Source: Octopus bimaculoides | Lineage: Eukaryota | Reading direction: 5' to 3' | Length of the DNA: 64,000 nt | Assembly (NCBI RefSeq): GCF_001194135.2 | Contig: NC_068982.1 | Coordinates: 172,514,479 to 172,578,478 of the forward strand | Shown: positions 63,268 to 64,000 of the stretch, one piece after another | Layout of the letters: the number at the start of each line of letters is the position of its first letter | How positions within the stretch are numbered: the first letter of the stretch is position 1 | Notes under the pieces: model-generated | The model's input: only the letters and a program-made list of their open reading frames with translations | Database searches by the model: none | Told to the model about the DNA's origin: nothing | Made by a program: the position numbers and the translations under genes

Positions 63268-64000
63268 AAGAGAGCATGTGTATGCTTTTCTTGTTTCAAC
63301 CAACATTAATATTACCATTTCTGTTTCAACATCATTATATCATTGCTGTTACACGAGTCAAACAATGCCGACAGAGAATAAACAATGGCATTTTGCAGTA
63401 GTGGTGATGACGTTTGGTGGAGGCTGGTGGAAATTTCCTAGTACAATAAGCATACACTTTAAAGAAACATATCCAGCAAATGGCTTTTCGTATTACTTCC
63501 CTTAATTTCACTTATTTCTTATTTTAAATTTTTACAAAAGTTCTGTGTGTGTGTGTGTTTTGGATTGCTGAAAATATCCAACAACAATAATTTCTCTAAT
63601 TATGTTACTAGTTTTGTATGTGCATGTGACTGGCTGGATACACACACACACACACACACACATATAACACAAACATATAAATATATAGATATATATATCG
63701 TATAACACAAACACACACACACATATATATTTGTACACACGCTCACACCTCATTTGTTAATAAGTGACAAATAAAAGAAAAGGACACACTATTATATGTA
63801 GAACTTTGTTGTGTGTGTGTGTGTGTGTAACCTGCACACCCGGTCACATCTATCTGCTACACCCAACTGGCGTACTTTCATCTATATCCATCCTCCTTTG
63901 TTTCAATACTTTTGGTTTCAATTAAATTACACTTGGTAATTCAATTAACTGTGCACATGCATTACATCATTACATACGTACATGCAGAAAAGTCAGTGCA

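Overview
Eukaryotic, AT-rich, extremely microsatellite-rich genomic DNA with about 22 N-gaps (roughly 8 kb). The repeat content (tRNA-derived SINEs with internal TA/TG microsatellites, RTE/R4 LINE relics, Tc1/mariner/pogo MITEs) looks like an octopod cephalopod draft assembly; this is an inference. No host protein-coding exon, rRNA, functional tRNA or CRISPR array can be supported. The supplied long ORFs are microsatellite or N-run artefacts. The only protein-like sequences are decayed transposon pieces: a DD37D (maT-type) transposase C-terminus, an RTE-like RT, an RTE C-terminal C2H2 finger, two R4/Dong-like endonuclease C-termini and a Tigger/pogo C-terminus. Most interesting signals: (1) a tRNA-headed SINE carrying a decayed minimal hammerhead-ribozyme fold and a 5' snap-back; (2) a (TA)n-embedded repeat family retaining hammerhead-core-like words; (3) a sharp CpG drop just after a CCAAT/E-box/YY1 cluster at about 59.5 kb, suggesting the start of a gene-body-methylated gene; (4) two near-perfect orphan hairpins. 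SINE family letters A-E are my own labels, and repeat boundaries are approximate unless exact motifs are quoted.
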